A DNA stretch of 64,000 nt, from positions 2,603,815-2,667,814 of the forward strand of contig NW_025963902.1 of assembly GCF_023055435.1 (NCBI RefSeq), written 5' to 3'. The number at the start of each line of letters is the position of its first letter. Positions within the stretch are counted from its first letter, which is position 1. Positions 14,661 through 27,665 of the stretch are shown piece after piece. Under the pieces are notes generated by a model. That model was not told where the DNA came from, ran no database searches, and saw nothing but the letters and a program-made list of their open reading frames with translations. The translations under genes were made by a program, and so were the position numbers. The stretch is from Haliotis rufescens (Eukaryota).

Positions 14661-16924
14661 TGCGTCGTACAAGGTTGACCTTGTATTATTCGTTTTGATT
14701 GGATAACCGTGACCTCTGTCACACCGGAACTACTTTTTTATTCATAAAAAAAATCACGAGACGTCATTCACTTGTACAACAACAAGGCAGAAATGAAGGA
14801 ATCTCACACACTTTATTAAACCAAACAATTTCGTCACACGCATCAAATTCACTTTGCATTCTATATTAGTAATGCATAGAGCTACCTTATACTATCGAGC
14901 TATACCCATATGCAATGTACGACTACCGATAGATCGAGGGTCCCTATGAGAATGACACACCCGACCACTTTCGCGACTTTCAGATTTAACGTAAAAGGTT
15001 GAGCGTCGTGAAATGAAGCCACTTTACACTATCTGGACACATATGTAGACTTACGTTGGATGTCCCATGCCATCAGTGTTCCCATTCTAAGCTTATTTTG
15101 TGACATTGCTTCCGGAGGTGTTTGTTCATGAATGAGGATACACTACTGCACGGCCAGATCACTCAAAGTGAACAGATCCGATACAACTCATTCGAAAAAA
15201 GTGTGCCTTGCTTAATTTTTTTGGGTCCAAACATCCCAAATGTGAACATAATATTCCCTATTGACCTCTCCCGTAAAACGCTGCGAGTAGATCACGGTTG
15301 TCTTTTCTTATTCCGAGTGTGACCTTGGCCTTCGTTCGAAGCTGTCACTGACGTGTAAGCAGACTTGAGTTTGTTGATTTTCACGTCTTCAGTACAGGGT
15401 CATACAGTTAACATAAACGTATTCGGCGAGCACTCGGATTTCACTCTTCCCAAATGGTACAGACAGGATATTAATTCCGCTGATAGATCAAGGAAACCGA
15501 ACTATTTTGATTGCACAGCCGGGAACCCGTCGATGCGAAAGAACGAGATTCAAATCGCGGCGCTAATTGGCTTTTTAAAGTATTCTTACAGTTGTCATGC
15601 GTACTACAACAATACGCTTGACTTACCTTAAGTTGAATCAATACTTTAAATAAGATCTTGAGCGTTGATGCTGTCATGTTTGCACACACAACATCAGGAA
15701 CAAGTTGTTAATGCGTATGTATAGAAATGTCAACAATGCCTATATTTGGGCATATATCAATATCCATGCGCAACCAGATTTGCATCCGATTTCAGCTTGG
15801 TCTGTTCACGAACGAAATGTGTTATGTATTTACACTTAAATACATATTTTAGGTGCATGGGTAATAAATATAATACCACACTCATTCTCGTTAGATACCT
15901 TTTTTACGAAACTCGTGAACTTTCTATGGTGTCTAACCTCGCTTTCGCTCTGTCAGATACCATATATAGTCCACTCGTTTCTTAAAAATGATATCTAATG
16001 AAAATGAGTGTAGTATTCTTTATTTATTACCCACGAGGGCAAACATATCAGGGTTAAAAAGACCATATGTGCCCTAGGGTCATATCACGTCACGAGACAA
16101 CAGTGTATTATTTCGGTCATCCGGACGGCATTGTTGACGTCATTCGAATAATAATTAAATTTTCGTTGTGTTCATTGAAATTCCTGTATTCTGATTAGCT
16201 GAATTGGTCACGTGTTATTGCATTCATTTCCCACTGAATGTAAAAAAGTAAGCCACGCCAACCGAGGCGCACTACTTTTATTACTGCGGAATGTCGGGGA
16301 AATCCCAATATTACAATCGAGGGAATTCCCTTTCTGCTCACGTGTATCGTCATGCACAGGACATTTAGCGACTTTCATGCATATTCATTGTCCAAACTAC
16401 CCTTTGAAACCGAAGGCCGAGAATGAATGAAACAGCAAACGTGCAGGCTCGCTCGCCTGTTTTTTTTCTGCTCGCCTCGGTTCAACTTTCATGTCTTCGG
16501 GTTTCATTTCTAACTAGCATTTTTCCAACTGTGTTTTACCGTAATCAGGGAAGTAATGTTTGAATCTGGCGGTAACTGACCATGTAATTTGAAACAGCCG
16601 CCTTCTCCCGGACATATTTCTTCCGGTTCGTTACAGTTTGACATTTGCAGTTCTTTTCGCCTCTTGTCTTAATTGACAGGTCCAATGAACATTGTTTTGA
16701 TCCTGCTCTCCGTTGATTGGCTACTGACTGTACAGGCGTGTCAAGTTATGTGCATAAATTAAACGATCACCTGATTCATGTCACGCCACAGTATGTATTC
16801 CTACACCTGGAATGTTTATCAATCTCGTCATTTTTGTCTGTTTTGATATATACAACTGTTTTTGGTTAAACATGTTTTAAGTTGTCGAATTTAATTATAA
16901 GCATTGACTGTGTATTTTTTCGGT

Positions 16925-17038
16925 TCATTGAGGTATGAATCGAAAAACCAATGTGCAAACTTTTGTAAGAATCCGCTACGCGGATTCATACAGTTTGCAC
17001 ATCGGTTTTTCGATTCATACCCCATTCTACCATGAATT
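16925..17038. repeat. near-perfect ~100-bp hairpin / foldback (ggtatgaatcgaaaaaccaatgtgcaaacttttgtaagaatccgctacgcggattcatacagtttgcacatcggtttttcgattcatacc)
   Basis: outer arms ~33 bp with one mismatch; inner gaatccgc-tacg-cggattc palindrome; lies in the 16152-17395 segment that separates two CRE-rich repeat modules. Confidence 0.7.
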
Positions 17039-17404
17039 TGGAATTTACTCGATTCTGATTGGTCAATCAGAGGATTTTAAATCACAATAAACCCCCTATG
17101 ATTGAAACAGCTGGTTTGACGGCCGCATCACCGCGGAAGCTAATATTCATAGAATAGTACTATTTTCAGTCATTGTCGGTAGGCATATTTAAATAATTAT
17201 ATCTAAAATTACAGGTTACAAAATGCACAGATGCGGGTACTACGCTAAATCTAACATTTGAAACCTCACGCTGCGCGTTCGGTTCCAAATTCAATTTAGC
17301 GGGGTTGAATCTACAGGTAATCTAGCTCTACATTGAAAACACAGTATGTTTATCTCCTAAATAAACCGCAAAAATACACAGTCAATCCTTAATTATTGTG
17401 ACGT

Positions 17405-17470
17405 GTGGTCGGAATGACGTCACACTAGAACGACGTCATAGCTGAAGATTGTTGACGTCATTCGACAAAT
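17405..17470 (+). promoter_or_regulatory. repeat module carrying three CRE-like sites (TGACGTCA at 17415-17422 and 17453-17460, GACGTCAT at 17432-17439); identical module at 21385-21450
   Basis: ggtcggaatgacgtcacactag(c)aacgacgtcatagctgaagattgttgacgtcattcgacaa repeated 4 kb apart in same orientation; regulatory function not demonstrated. Confidence 0.3.
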
Positions 17471-17689
17471 TGACGTTCCGCTGCTGTTACGACTTGCTGT
17501 ACTAAACACTAACATTGGTCTCTGTATGTAGACATCTTCTTCGGTAAAAAATAGAACATTATATTTGTGTTCATTTCATACTATGTTTACGACACTCGCT
17601 CGCTCTCCCCCGAGAAATACCGGGATTTAGACACTCGTATCGTAAACATAGTATAGTAAACATGAACACTCATATTATATCCACTATTT

Positions 17690-17790
17690 AACCCTCTGGA
17701 TGCCGAGTTTTTTTTCTGACGCACATTTTCCTTAGATCGGAAAAGTGAAGGTTGTGCGAGAATTGCGCTCACGCGGCACTGGATCTACCT
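17690..17790 (+). mobile_element. ~100-bp internally deleted derivative of the 930-bp repeat (ttaaccctctggatgccgag-ttttttctgacgcacat..gtgaaggttgtgcgagaattgcgctcacgcggc)
   Basis: carries only the two termini of the long copies joined together, a pattern typical of non-autonomous derivatives. Confidence 0.5.
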
Positions 17791-19989
17791 CTGGATATAA
17801 AATTACGCAGGGGTGGAGAATATTAAATTTCCTATTTAATGGTGTAGAGTTAACTGCAAATATTGAACCGGTTTAATAAAAATACACTTCTAAGTGTTGC
17901 CCGAGAATTTTTTCTGCCTTGAAAAACAGTAAATTTCTCCGCTTTTTATCGAACACCGATATAAGTACACTGTGCGACGATTTTTTTTATTTACTAGCTT
18001 TACGGAATCTGTGAGCGAACAAAATACTGCCTAATATCTGAACGACATAACTATATACCAAATGGAGTTATATGCGTATGTATAACGACAAACATGCAAT
18101 GCCAAAAATAGCTTGCTGTAAATGACGAAAACTGATTTTTCTCTATGACGTCAAAAGGCGACAGAGAGGTTACACACGTACAAAGAAAAGGGGGCATAAC
18201 TCCGCTAAGCTTAGCACTAGTTTATTGTAACTCAGGTCACTTGATGAGAATTAGCCGTGGGTAAGGATAACATATTTTCGTGGTGTTTTGTTCACGAGGA
18301 ACCAAACTATTCCAACACAAATATCGATAAAGAAACTGTATACGTTTAGTTGTAAAACAGACCCATAAGAAATGATGAAATCGTGCTTCATTAAAAAGAG
18401 GTAATAGAGGAATGGATGGCCCTATCTAACCTATAACTTAGTCCTTAGATTCCAACATTCTCCTGAATGTGTAAGTGTAATTTGACTAATGTTGCATCAT
18501 TATTAATGGAGCACTAGCCTTATCATCAAATGTTATGAAATACCCTAAAAATAACACCATTCCTTTTGACGTCATGGCTGGTTTTATGTCTTTGATAACG
18601 TCGGAAAAAGACGACACTGGTATTTTGATTAATATATATCTCCTCTAATTTTCGTTCATGGTATGGTAGATCTCGATGTGTGGAACGGAATTTGATGCTT
18701 TTTCGACACAACATAAAATGACTGCTTTCACCAATTAAATAATGTCTTGAATATGTAAACAATTAGCTAGTTTATCGTGTGTCTTAATTGGACAAGACAC
18801 GCACCTGTTTGGCATCAATTTACGTAATGAAATACCCAAAAGAATGTTTCAAAACAACCAATATTCAATATTGGACATATATTTGTTCATGATTATATTA
18901 TTTTTTCTTACACAATAAAAGATGCGAAGAAAGCTGGGTTAAGAAATATCAGGATAATCGTATACGTTTGGTACCTGGCATGGGTTATATTTTTATACAT
19001 TTTACAATTCCTGGAGAAATAAAGTAAACTGTTTTCTATCCTGTGATCACAATATTGAAAAAGAATGAAACCATTGATTATGTAATGCAAAACGAGAGGA
19101 ATAATTCGTAAATTGTTTGTGACTAACGCGCACCTGACGAATCGTTAGATATCACTGTTCTCTGTATCCAACGACATAAAAGACAAATCCAAGACCAAGA
19201 CATTTCAGAAATGTGTGCATATATTTTACCGAAAAATATTATCCATTTTGTTAAAGTAATATATTCAGTTTTAGTTATACAATAAAATGAAACGGCTATT
19301 TGTGGACATTGGTTATATGAACTTATAATATTGACTTATTACACATCCAAAGAAATACGTACATGCTGCAGTTACATTTACACTTCATCTTGTAACACTT
19401 GTCCAAAGGAAAGAAATATCGTATTCGACACTAAAACCTATCAATTGTTATGTAAACAATGTTCAAACAAACAGGAGATTATCAAAGGTTCGTTCATACA
19501 TGTTGTGGCCTATATGTACGTATGATTTCATTTTGAACATTGACAAATATCCAAAGTGAAATGATTTGTGTGAAAAATTGTATAAAAGACATGCAAAATA
19601 TACACCATAACTGAAACTGTAAATAGCATGATACAATGATCGTGTGTACTCTCATTCAAGGACCTTCACCTCTACGAAATTACCAAATATGTACAACAAT
19701 GTTGACGTATGACATCACTACCTGTGACCCACTTTTACCAAATGGCGTATTCACTGTCAACAGTACGCAGGATTGTACGAGGGAACTTTCGTTGATTCAG
19801 GGATCGTAGAAACATAAATGTGACATGTAAGTAATCAGAAACATTCTGAAAATCTATGTACTGTTATTTGTTGTCATAATTTTCATTGAAACAATCGGAA
19901 ATAGTCAGAAATTCCGATAAATACCGTTGTCGTTGTGCGTGATTTTGCGTCAGTCATGGCGTCAACCAGAACGGTAATTTTGACAACAC

Positions 19990-20870
19990 CTGTTGAAAAT
20001 ATCAAATCATTGCAATGTATCTATTTGAAGTTCCCTAATTCTTCCTACGATTCTCTTCCCATGCATATTCTGAAAATGTTGAGCCAATATCTTGAACGAA
20101 TAGACGAATGGGTAGCTCAAAATAGGAGAAAATGCTACACTGTGTAAAATCTGAATTTTGCTTTGTTTACATTTCAACCATGTGCAGTTTTTCGAGCACA
20201 GCGTTCGTTTTCACTCCCAACTTATTTTGCTTGATTTCATCTAGCCACTTTGTATTGGTGACAAAGATCACTGGTCATTTGATTCTAAAATGTATGAGGA
20301 ATTCAAGGATGTAGGTATCGCAGATAAGTTTGAAATATACGTGATGTTACAGGCGTCTCATAACCGGTGTACCTGAAACGTGATTTTGTAAACACTATCC
20401 AATATGGCGGAAAGTTCACTTCGGCGTTCGTGTTTTCGTTTTTTCCAAAACATTCTAAACGATTCTAGGGTTATCGGAGACGTTTTGGAATGATCATTGG
20501 TGATTTCATAAAAGACAGATACCCGTGATCACTAATATGCTATTTTTGAAATTCATTTCTCCGAATAAATACCCGAAATTTAGATTTCAAAACATGCTGT
20601 AAATAACGCCGTGAGTGGTGATTTAGTAATGTGTAAAAAATGGCGACATTTACGATGTACCTAATTTTCAGAGGTTATGTTCAGTACTTTTGCTTGGCCT
20701 AAAATGCCAGTGGATGATATCACAGAACAGGGAATATACCACCTTATTTAAAACTGTAAAGTGTAGTTGTGTGGGTGATGTATTTTGAATTTTATTTGAC
20801 TTCAAAGTGAGGGGTGTAGAGGAGGGACATATATGTCCCTCTGGCATCCAGGGGGTTAAGTAAAGTTCGG
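19990..20870 (-). repeat. ~880-bp interspersed repeat, copy 2 (inverted relative to 10410-11340)
   Basis: reverse complement alignment with copy 1 over almost full length. Confidence 0.8.
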
Positions 20871-21683
20871 TGTTGGTGATACATGGCCTACCAGTATATG
20901 ATTCACAAATTATGATAACTGTGTATCGGGGTCACAGAAAGTTCCTCTAATGGGGAATGGAAATGACGCGACATGTCATCTGTAAATGCTATCTGTGAGT
21001 TTGTATATTGTAGTTTCACTAACACGCAGGGTCGGTCGTCTCCATAACACTGTACAAATATGTGTTCGGTATTTCGGCATACCACACGGACCAACACCAC
21101 ACGGACCAGTGTCAATAATGGTGGCCTACATGAATATCTCCACCTGATGATTGACAAGGTGTCAATGAATCAACGAACACAACGCCATATCGCATTTTTC
21201 TCAACAATTGAAGTACTGTGACGCCATATGGCTTCAATTGACTTCAAATTCAAACGTGCGAATGTGAGTAATATACTAGTTTATTACCCACAGCACTAGT
21301 GCAAATATCACTTCACGCACACCGGTGTATTGTTTACGTCATCAGGACGGCATTGTTGAAGTACTCGAATTTCCTTGTGACGTAAGGTCGGAATGACGTC
21401 ACACTAGCAACGACGTCATAGCTGAAGATTGTTGACGTCATTCGACAATTGTGGTTTTCAAAGACGGCGGTCGTGATCGGTGCATTTTTCTAAAGCAAAG
21501 CTGAACAGGATTAAGAAATAATGGGTGATAAAGAAATTATTATTATTATTATTGGGTTTCCAACCAAAAAGTCACAGACACGACATGTCAACCATTATTA
21601 ATTTTACTTTAAACAACCAAACCAACATGTTATCATGGTAGATTATCTTTTTACATTTACAACAGTGGGGCTGCCTCCCCCAG

Positions 21684-21717
<34 letters not shown>

Positions 21718-24700
21718 CCTGTAAGAAGGTATGGCAATGTGGGAGGAAAATCCGAAGAGGTGCAGGTCTTTGAAGTTTACGGCTGTTGTGAAACCTTAAG
21801 CACGGGTATGGCGTATATATAATCAATCATGCATATAATCGTATTTCAATTGCGTAGACCAATGCTCATGATGTCAGTCACTGGAACGTCTGGAATATTG
21901 CCGAGTGTGGCGTTAAACAAGAAGCACACTAACAACCAAAATAATTATACTCAGAGCGATGCTAGTTGATGGTATTTTTTAGTTAGCTCCAATTTGAATC
22001 GAACTTTAGTTAAATTACGGCGTGTAAGTTTCTAGTGGGAGGAAGTCCCCAAGTGATGCGGCTCTTAGACGTTAACTACTGTTAGTCTATGTGATGAAAC
22101 CAAGGAACAATGTGTTGAGTATAGTTTGAGAAGTGGTATAATGATGTACAGGAAACAAGGTTGTCGAAATCAGGTTTGTCGCCATTTGAACGTTGCCTGT
22201 AGCCTCATTGACAGTCTTGCATGTGGTTTCACTAAAAGTATCACCATAACAGAAATGTTTTTAAAAAAAATAGCTTTAAATTAGATTATGGTACCCGTTT
22301 TTGTCAAATTATACATCCCCGCCGCATTTAAACGCGCACAAATATCACACACAAAATTATGAGTCTACCACCTGCTCCTGTGGAAACCATTATGAAGATC
22401 CTACATATTACTTCTTTTCATGTTGTAACTACTGCAATAACAATATGTACTACTACATAAAAGGATATGACTTGATTCAGTATTATATAGAAATGCTGCA
22501 ACATCTACTGATACTAACCTTGCTATTGTAAAATCTGTTCATTTGTTAAGTATATGTGCATGGATGCACCGGTTTGGTTATGTACCGATAAATGTATGTG
22601 TGTATTTATGTGTACTTGAAATTTGCAACAGTAGGTACAGTTAATCTAAACTTATTTTGTATGTGCAGTAACTCTTATCAGTTGTTAAATGTCTTTTGTA
22701 GGGAGAGGTGTTTACATAGGCTTTGTATGTTCACCGATCCCATTCCTTTTTCTTGAAAATAAATATTTTTTAAATCACAATAGGACAGACAGTTTTTAAA
22801 AAAACGTTCACGAATCAGCCGACTAAAAAAATGAAATGTGAAAAAAATAATGATTTTCTTATTCAGCCGACCAGGAATAAGTAAAAATAATTTATTTACT
22901 GTCGCTTCTCAATATAAATGAAGTATTTGATTAAAACCTGTTGAAAAGCTATCTCAAAAACTTAAAAACACAAAGAGTTATGACGAATCCCTTTCCCCCC
23001 CGCCCCCACCAATGTTCACACCTACTCACTCACTCACTCACCTACTTCGCTGATCACCTGATTTACTTAGCTGCAGTAGCTTCAACCTTGGACAAGGTAT
23101 TTCGCAACATTGCAGGAGTAGCTCTTATACGACATGAACAATTATCGTTTTAAAAGCAGCTGTTTGCCTTTCGCTTGCATTATGATTTTCATTGATTATG
23201 TAATTTCATAGTATAGTATAATATTAACATTTTCAAATTTCGGCAATTCGTAGGCCTGTCTTACTTAATCACACGATATGCTTTCATGACGAAATTAAAA
23301 CAGCATGTTAAAACCTATTGCTGCATGGTTCCAGAGACCATATAATACCATCTATTATATGGCCTCTGCTGGTTCCAAATAGTTCAACCCGTGGTATTCC
23401 GGGTGCTTATATTTGAAATATAAAGAACTGACCTCAAAGACGATTTAATTGCCACAATATGTAACCTGGCTGCCATCGTGTCGTCACACACCAGTGGTGT
23501 GGATCGTTGTTAATGCTATCAACCTCTAGCCGGACTCGGACGCCGTTGCCTGCGGCGTAAAACAACGGTAAGTCAAACACTTTACCTTCTTTATCGACAA
23601 TGTCAGAACGACCAGAATAAACCAACTCGGTAACCCCAAATCATATACAGATTCTAATAAAGCGCCATATTTACTATATGTGTTTTACAATGCAGTAGGT
23701 TTTATATAGAATGTTCATATTAATCAGTTTAACTAATATTCGATCACTAAAACAAGTCCCAACAAGCCGTATTTACTTCGATCTCGAGGTTAACCACGCA
23801 TGGAATGTATAAGCGGAAGTGATGTCACAGCTAATTTTAGATAATACTCGGGCTCCTGTGATTTGATTGGTTGATCAACCTCGCCGGTCTTGCACCACAC
23901 ATCACAATACACAAGGTAGGTGTCGGACAGTAGGTCCAATTTTGCTGAATTTTCGATATTAATAGCATTCGTACTTTCGTTTCACTGCGTGATATCGGTT
24001 CTGTAAGTACCCCAAGTCACGTGCCACTTGATAAGAGGTGATGACAGTTCTGGATAAACATGTAATATCATCGAAACCGACCAGGATACTTAATTCTATC
24101 AAGCGGGTCAACCCGTCTTCCTCCTTTGTTCTACCCGTTTGTTATGACCAAAACATGTTTATTCGGGTACACGATACGCACAGTACTACATTCAAAGGCC
24201 ACATTTGATACAATATGAAACCGTAATTAATCTTGTGTGAATCCACTTGATTGCTGATTATTATAAAGAAGGCAAGTTACCGTCGATTAAACGCTCCTAG
24301 TGGACACGCCCACTTTGAACATGCTTGTATCGTGAGAACAGTTCATCAGACATTTCAAGTGTGAACCAACATTAGCCAGATCGAAACCTCCAAATGACCA
24401 GTTGCTTGAAAAAGATGTCTGTCACTAAAGCATGTGAAAACGCAAATAAACTTCCGTGTTTAGAGAGTTTGTTAAGCGGGGTGTGACGAATAGATCGACC
24501 CTTGATCGCCTCTAGTCAGTAGAAGTAAATGTAGGTTGTTGCTAGGCATTGCTTGGCCTCTCGATCGATTTAGACTGTCAGTTTGGACCATATGCAATTA
24601 TCCATGCATAACATCATCAATTTTGAATGCATCTTTCATATCACGTGCACTGCGTCATGGGTTGCACGAAGATCACTGTATCACAATTTAATGTGTATTT

Positions 24701-25496
24701 ATTATTTAGACATAACTTTGCACTGTAGAATAGACTGTAGGAGATGGTAGTTTGCCTTTTCTCGCAAAAATGTGTTTCTACTTCCTTATTTCCCGAAACA
24801 ATGGGAACACATATTACAACAAACCCTCAAGGAAATGCTTATTTCATTTTTTCATGATATGTGATTTTCTTTCCTTGGGATAAGTTTACCTCAGAATGGT
24901 ATTTTGTTTGCATGTACCTATTTCCAGTATTTTGTTCATTAGTAGAAACGGGTTGCATGCAATAGCCCACGAGCTTGTAATGCTTTGAATTCGTTTACAT
25001 GTTATAACTTGTGTACGAGGATTAGTGTTATGAAACAGCGCCTCAAGGACAACTTATACCAGGAAATACCTTTTAACATTAGAGGTGAACTGTAATATGT
25101 GCCATGTTTGCGCGTAATAGTATATGGTATTCCCCCGCGTTTATTTCCGAAAGGTGTCGTGTGTAACAGGACGTTCAATACTGACGTACCGTAAATACAA
25201 ACAACTACATGATTACAATGAAGCTTTGGAGATTGCAACAGACGGCCTTGAGGTTATCCGCATTGATATTAGTTGCGTGGAATATACTACGCATGCGCCG
25301 ACTCGTAGAAACATGAAGTAAACATTGTGAAATACTGTACTAAGTGGTTGCTGAAATCGCTGACGCGGCTGATATTGGGCGTTGTCAGGTACATACAATG
25401 TGATATCCTCTCTCTGCGGTCCAGTGGATACGGGTCCCATGTCTTGTCACCTGCGTCATTTCTTGATTCATATCGCTAGCGCAGCTAAATAGACGT

Positions 25497-25502
25497 CATA
25501 TA
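25497..25502 (+). promoter_or_regulatory. MVP: TATA box candidate for MVP promoter (agacgtcaTATAAAcc)
   Basis: canonical TATAAA ~1.2 kb upstream of ATG, about 30 bp before a plausible initiator, flanked by gacgtcat and tgcgtca motifs. Confidence 0.3.
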
Positions 25503-25527
25503 AACCCGGACTTCTCGTTCCAGCGCA

Positions 25528-25655
25528 GCCAGAAGTGAGTTAGTCGTGGGAGAATCTTCTTAACTGCGCGTGAGCTAAAGCATGTGAAAGTTCATCTGTT
25601 CACATCGTTTCTTTTTCTTGTTGCAGTTAACGGCAGGGACAAGTTATTATATTAG
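25528..25655 (+). other. MVP: putative non-coding first exon (5' UTR) of MVP; donor GTAAGT at 25656; coding exon acceptor at 26711-12
   Basis: TATAAA at 25497-25502 with CRE-like GACGTCAT just upstream, strong GTAAGT donor at 25656, tgttcag acceptor 27 nt before the ATG; exact TSS not determinable. Confidence 0.3.
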
Positions 25656-25914
25656 GTAAGTGTGTTTTCGTAATTTTACAATGTAACCATCTGGTATTGT
25701 AACACTTGATTCCAACAGTGAGTGAGTGAATTTTGTTCAACGGCACTACAAATGGACACTATTCCTGATATATCACGTCGAGGATGTACAGGGATGTATT
25801 AACCTTGGACATAGTTGTGATCCTGTAACCTACAGCGTTTGGTTATGCTAATTAGATATATGCTAAGCGCACCAGAACACGGTAACTAACAGTATAAGCT
25901 TGTCTTCATGTAAT

Positions 25915-26290
25915 TTGTACCGCCTCCGTGGTCTAGTGGTAGAGCGTCCGCCCGGAGAGCGGAAGGTCCGGGGTTCGATCCCCGACCGCGTCATACCAAA
26001 AGATGTTAAAAGATGGTACTTGCTGTTACCCTGTCTGGCGCTCGGCATTAAGGGGCTAAAACAAGGACTGGTCGGCTCGGAGTCAGTATACTGTGTCTGA
26101 GTGGGGTATTCATGTTAAACTGCGGCATGGTATCTCAGTGAGCTAGCACTATAAATCGGCATCAGTCCGGACTAGTACAAGCAGCCACACAAACACACAC
26201 ACGTACTTCCACGTCGCTATATAAGTGCAATAATCTTGGACGCGACGTTAAACCCCATTTCACCTCACCTCATGTAATTTGTCGAAATGA
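25915..26290 (+). mobile_element. ~375-bp tRNA-headed SINE, family D (head gcctccgtggtctagtggtagagcgtccgcccggagagcggaaggtccggggttcgatcccc; tail ..gttaaaccccatttcacctcacctc)
   Basis: other copies: 55795-56115(-), 57680-57900(- partial), 70-165(- fragment); related tail at 5985-6100. Confidence 0.7.
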
Positions 26291-26738
26291 ATTTCGAAAA
26301 ACATTATCCCAGGTTTCTGTGGAATATATTTGGATTCATGATTTTATTGACTTTATCACATACTTATTATAAAGTTTCCAGTGGTAGTTGAGATATTAAC
26401 ATGATGTCAATGGAATTATGTTGCATAACAAAATCGTTAAGTGTGCAATACATAAGTATTTTTAATATATCAACTCACTCAAAATGGCAGGTTCATGTGC
26501 TTAATATGTCATGTTAATTTCATTTGATCAATTAACAGCTTCATTTTCTCAATTAGATCTCTTTCATATATTTTAAGAAATTAATATCATATGTGTTCAA
26601 GAACGAGGCTAGACAGTGAGTTCAATCCAATTGTCCACATTCTCTTTGATCTTTGATCTTTGATCTGATCTATGCTTGCAGTATGTTTAAGCTGTATGTG
26701 TTGTATGTTCAGCTGAGGTTACGCTAGAGACACACACG

Positions 26739-26878
26739 ATGTCTGCACCACGAAGATCTGTGGAGGAGTCCTTGTACAGGATCCCTCCCTACTACTATAT
26801 CCACTGCTTGGACCAGAACACCAACGTCACACGGCTGGAGATTGGGCCAAAGACGTACATCAGACAGGACAATGAGAG
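26739..26878 (+). CDS. MVP: major vault protein, coding exon 1 (ATG at 26739; [46 protein letters not shown], ends in phase 2; donor GT at 26879)
   Basis: Translation matches the vertebrate MVP N-terminus (IPPYxYIHxLDQN..[12 protein letters not shown]); GTGAGA donor; codon R split ag|g with next exon. Confidence 0.85.
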
Positions 26879-27469
26879 GTGAGATTAGGTACTAGTTTTG
26901 GAGTATATAAACAGAAAAGAGATTAGACTTTGGCTTCAAGCATATTACATGTACGATGGAAGACATCGACAGGAGACAGGGGTTGAGAAAGTTGAAGCAG
27001 GAAATGAATTTTCTGAGATACTGGGAAAAATATAAAAGAATAAAAATATTTTCAGTGTTGATTTATGGTATATTTTCTGAAAAAGAACGCTTTAAAAAAA
27101 AGCTGTCTCAAAATGTATGACACCAAAGAATAACAGAACTACAGAAACATGAAAGAATCGGGTGTTCTTCAACTTCTTTAGAGTTCCATGGTAACTAAGA
27201 AACAGATATTGGCAAAAGAGCATATAATAGAAAACTGTTTAGTAACTTATTTTATTTTTTGTGAAATCAAAGGAAAGCTGAATTATAAAAAATAATAAAG
27301 TTGGTACATCTTCAGTTGGTGATGGTTCCTATTTCAAGATAGAAAATGCCTGGAAAATCAAAGAGGAGGTGACTTATGTGAGAAGTTAACACCTTCATAT
27401 TTTGCAAAGTGAAAATATAAGAGTTAAAATAAGTATTTGGCCACACTTTACTCTAAATGCACATTCCAG

Positions 27470-27665
27470 GGTTGTCCTCGGCCCCGAGAAGATGTTGGTG
27501 GTGCCCCCTCGCCACTACTGCGTCGTTGAGAACCCCGTCGTCCGCAACAAGGACGACCACATCGTGTGCAATGAGAGTGGTCAGGCCAAGCTGTTCCACG
27601 CTGATCAGGAGATCCGCTTGGCTCAAGACCCCTTTCCTCTGTACCCTGGGGAGGTGCTCAAACAG
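27470..27665 (+). CDS. MVP: major vault protein, coding exon 2 (..VVLGPEKMLVVPPRHYCVVENPVVRNKDDHIVCNESGQAKLFHADQEIRLAQDPFPLYPGEVLKQ)
   Basis: AG acceptor at 27468-69, GTGGGA donor at 27666; PPRHYC..LRHADxEIRLAQDPFPLYPGEVL conserved MVP repeat-domain motif. Confidence 0.88.

Noticed and set aside
10915-20314. Identical ~80-aa ORFs MLHCVKSEF.VYISTMCSFSSTAFVFTPNLFCLISSSHFVLVTK on opposite strands (10915-11163 -, 20132-20314 +)
   Set aside because: They are conserved only because they lie in the two inverted copies of the 930-bp repeat. The sequence is low-complexity with no homology, so it is not called as a gene.
23434-23625. 63-aa minus-strand ORF (..GKVFDLPLFYAAGNGVRVRLEVDSINNDPHHW..)
   Set aside because: No recognisable family or splice signals and isolated in repeat-rich sequence. 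A stray exon cannot be excluded but is not supportable.
25921-25995. tRNA-like sequence gcctccgtggtctagtggtagagcgtccgcccggagagcggaaggtccggggttcgatccccgaccgcg (GGTCTAGTGGT D-loop, GGTTCGATCC T-loop)
   Set aside because: The acceptor stem cannot pair (5' GCCTCCG vs 3' ACCGCGT) and position 33 is C. The sequence continues into a ~300-bp body and recurs at 55795-56115 and 57680-57900, so it is the head of a SINE rather than a tRNA gene.
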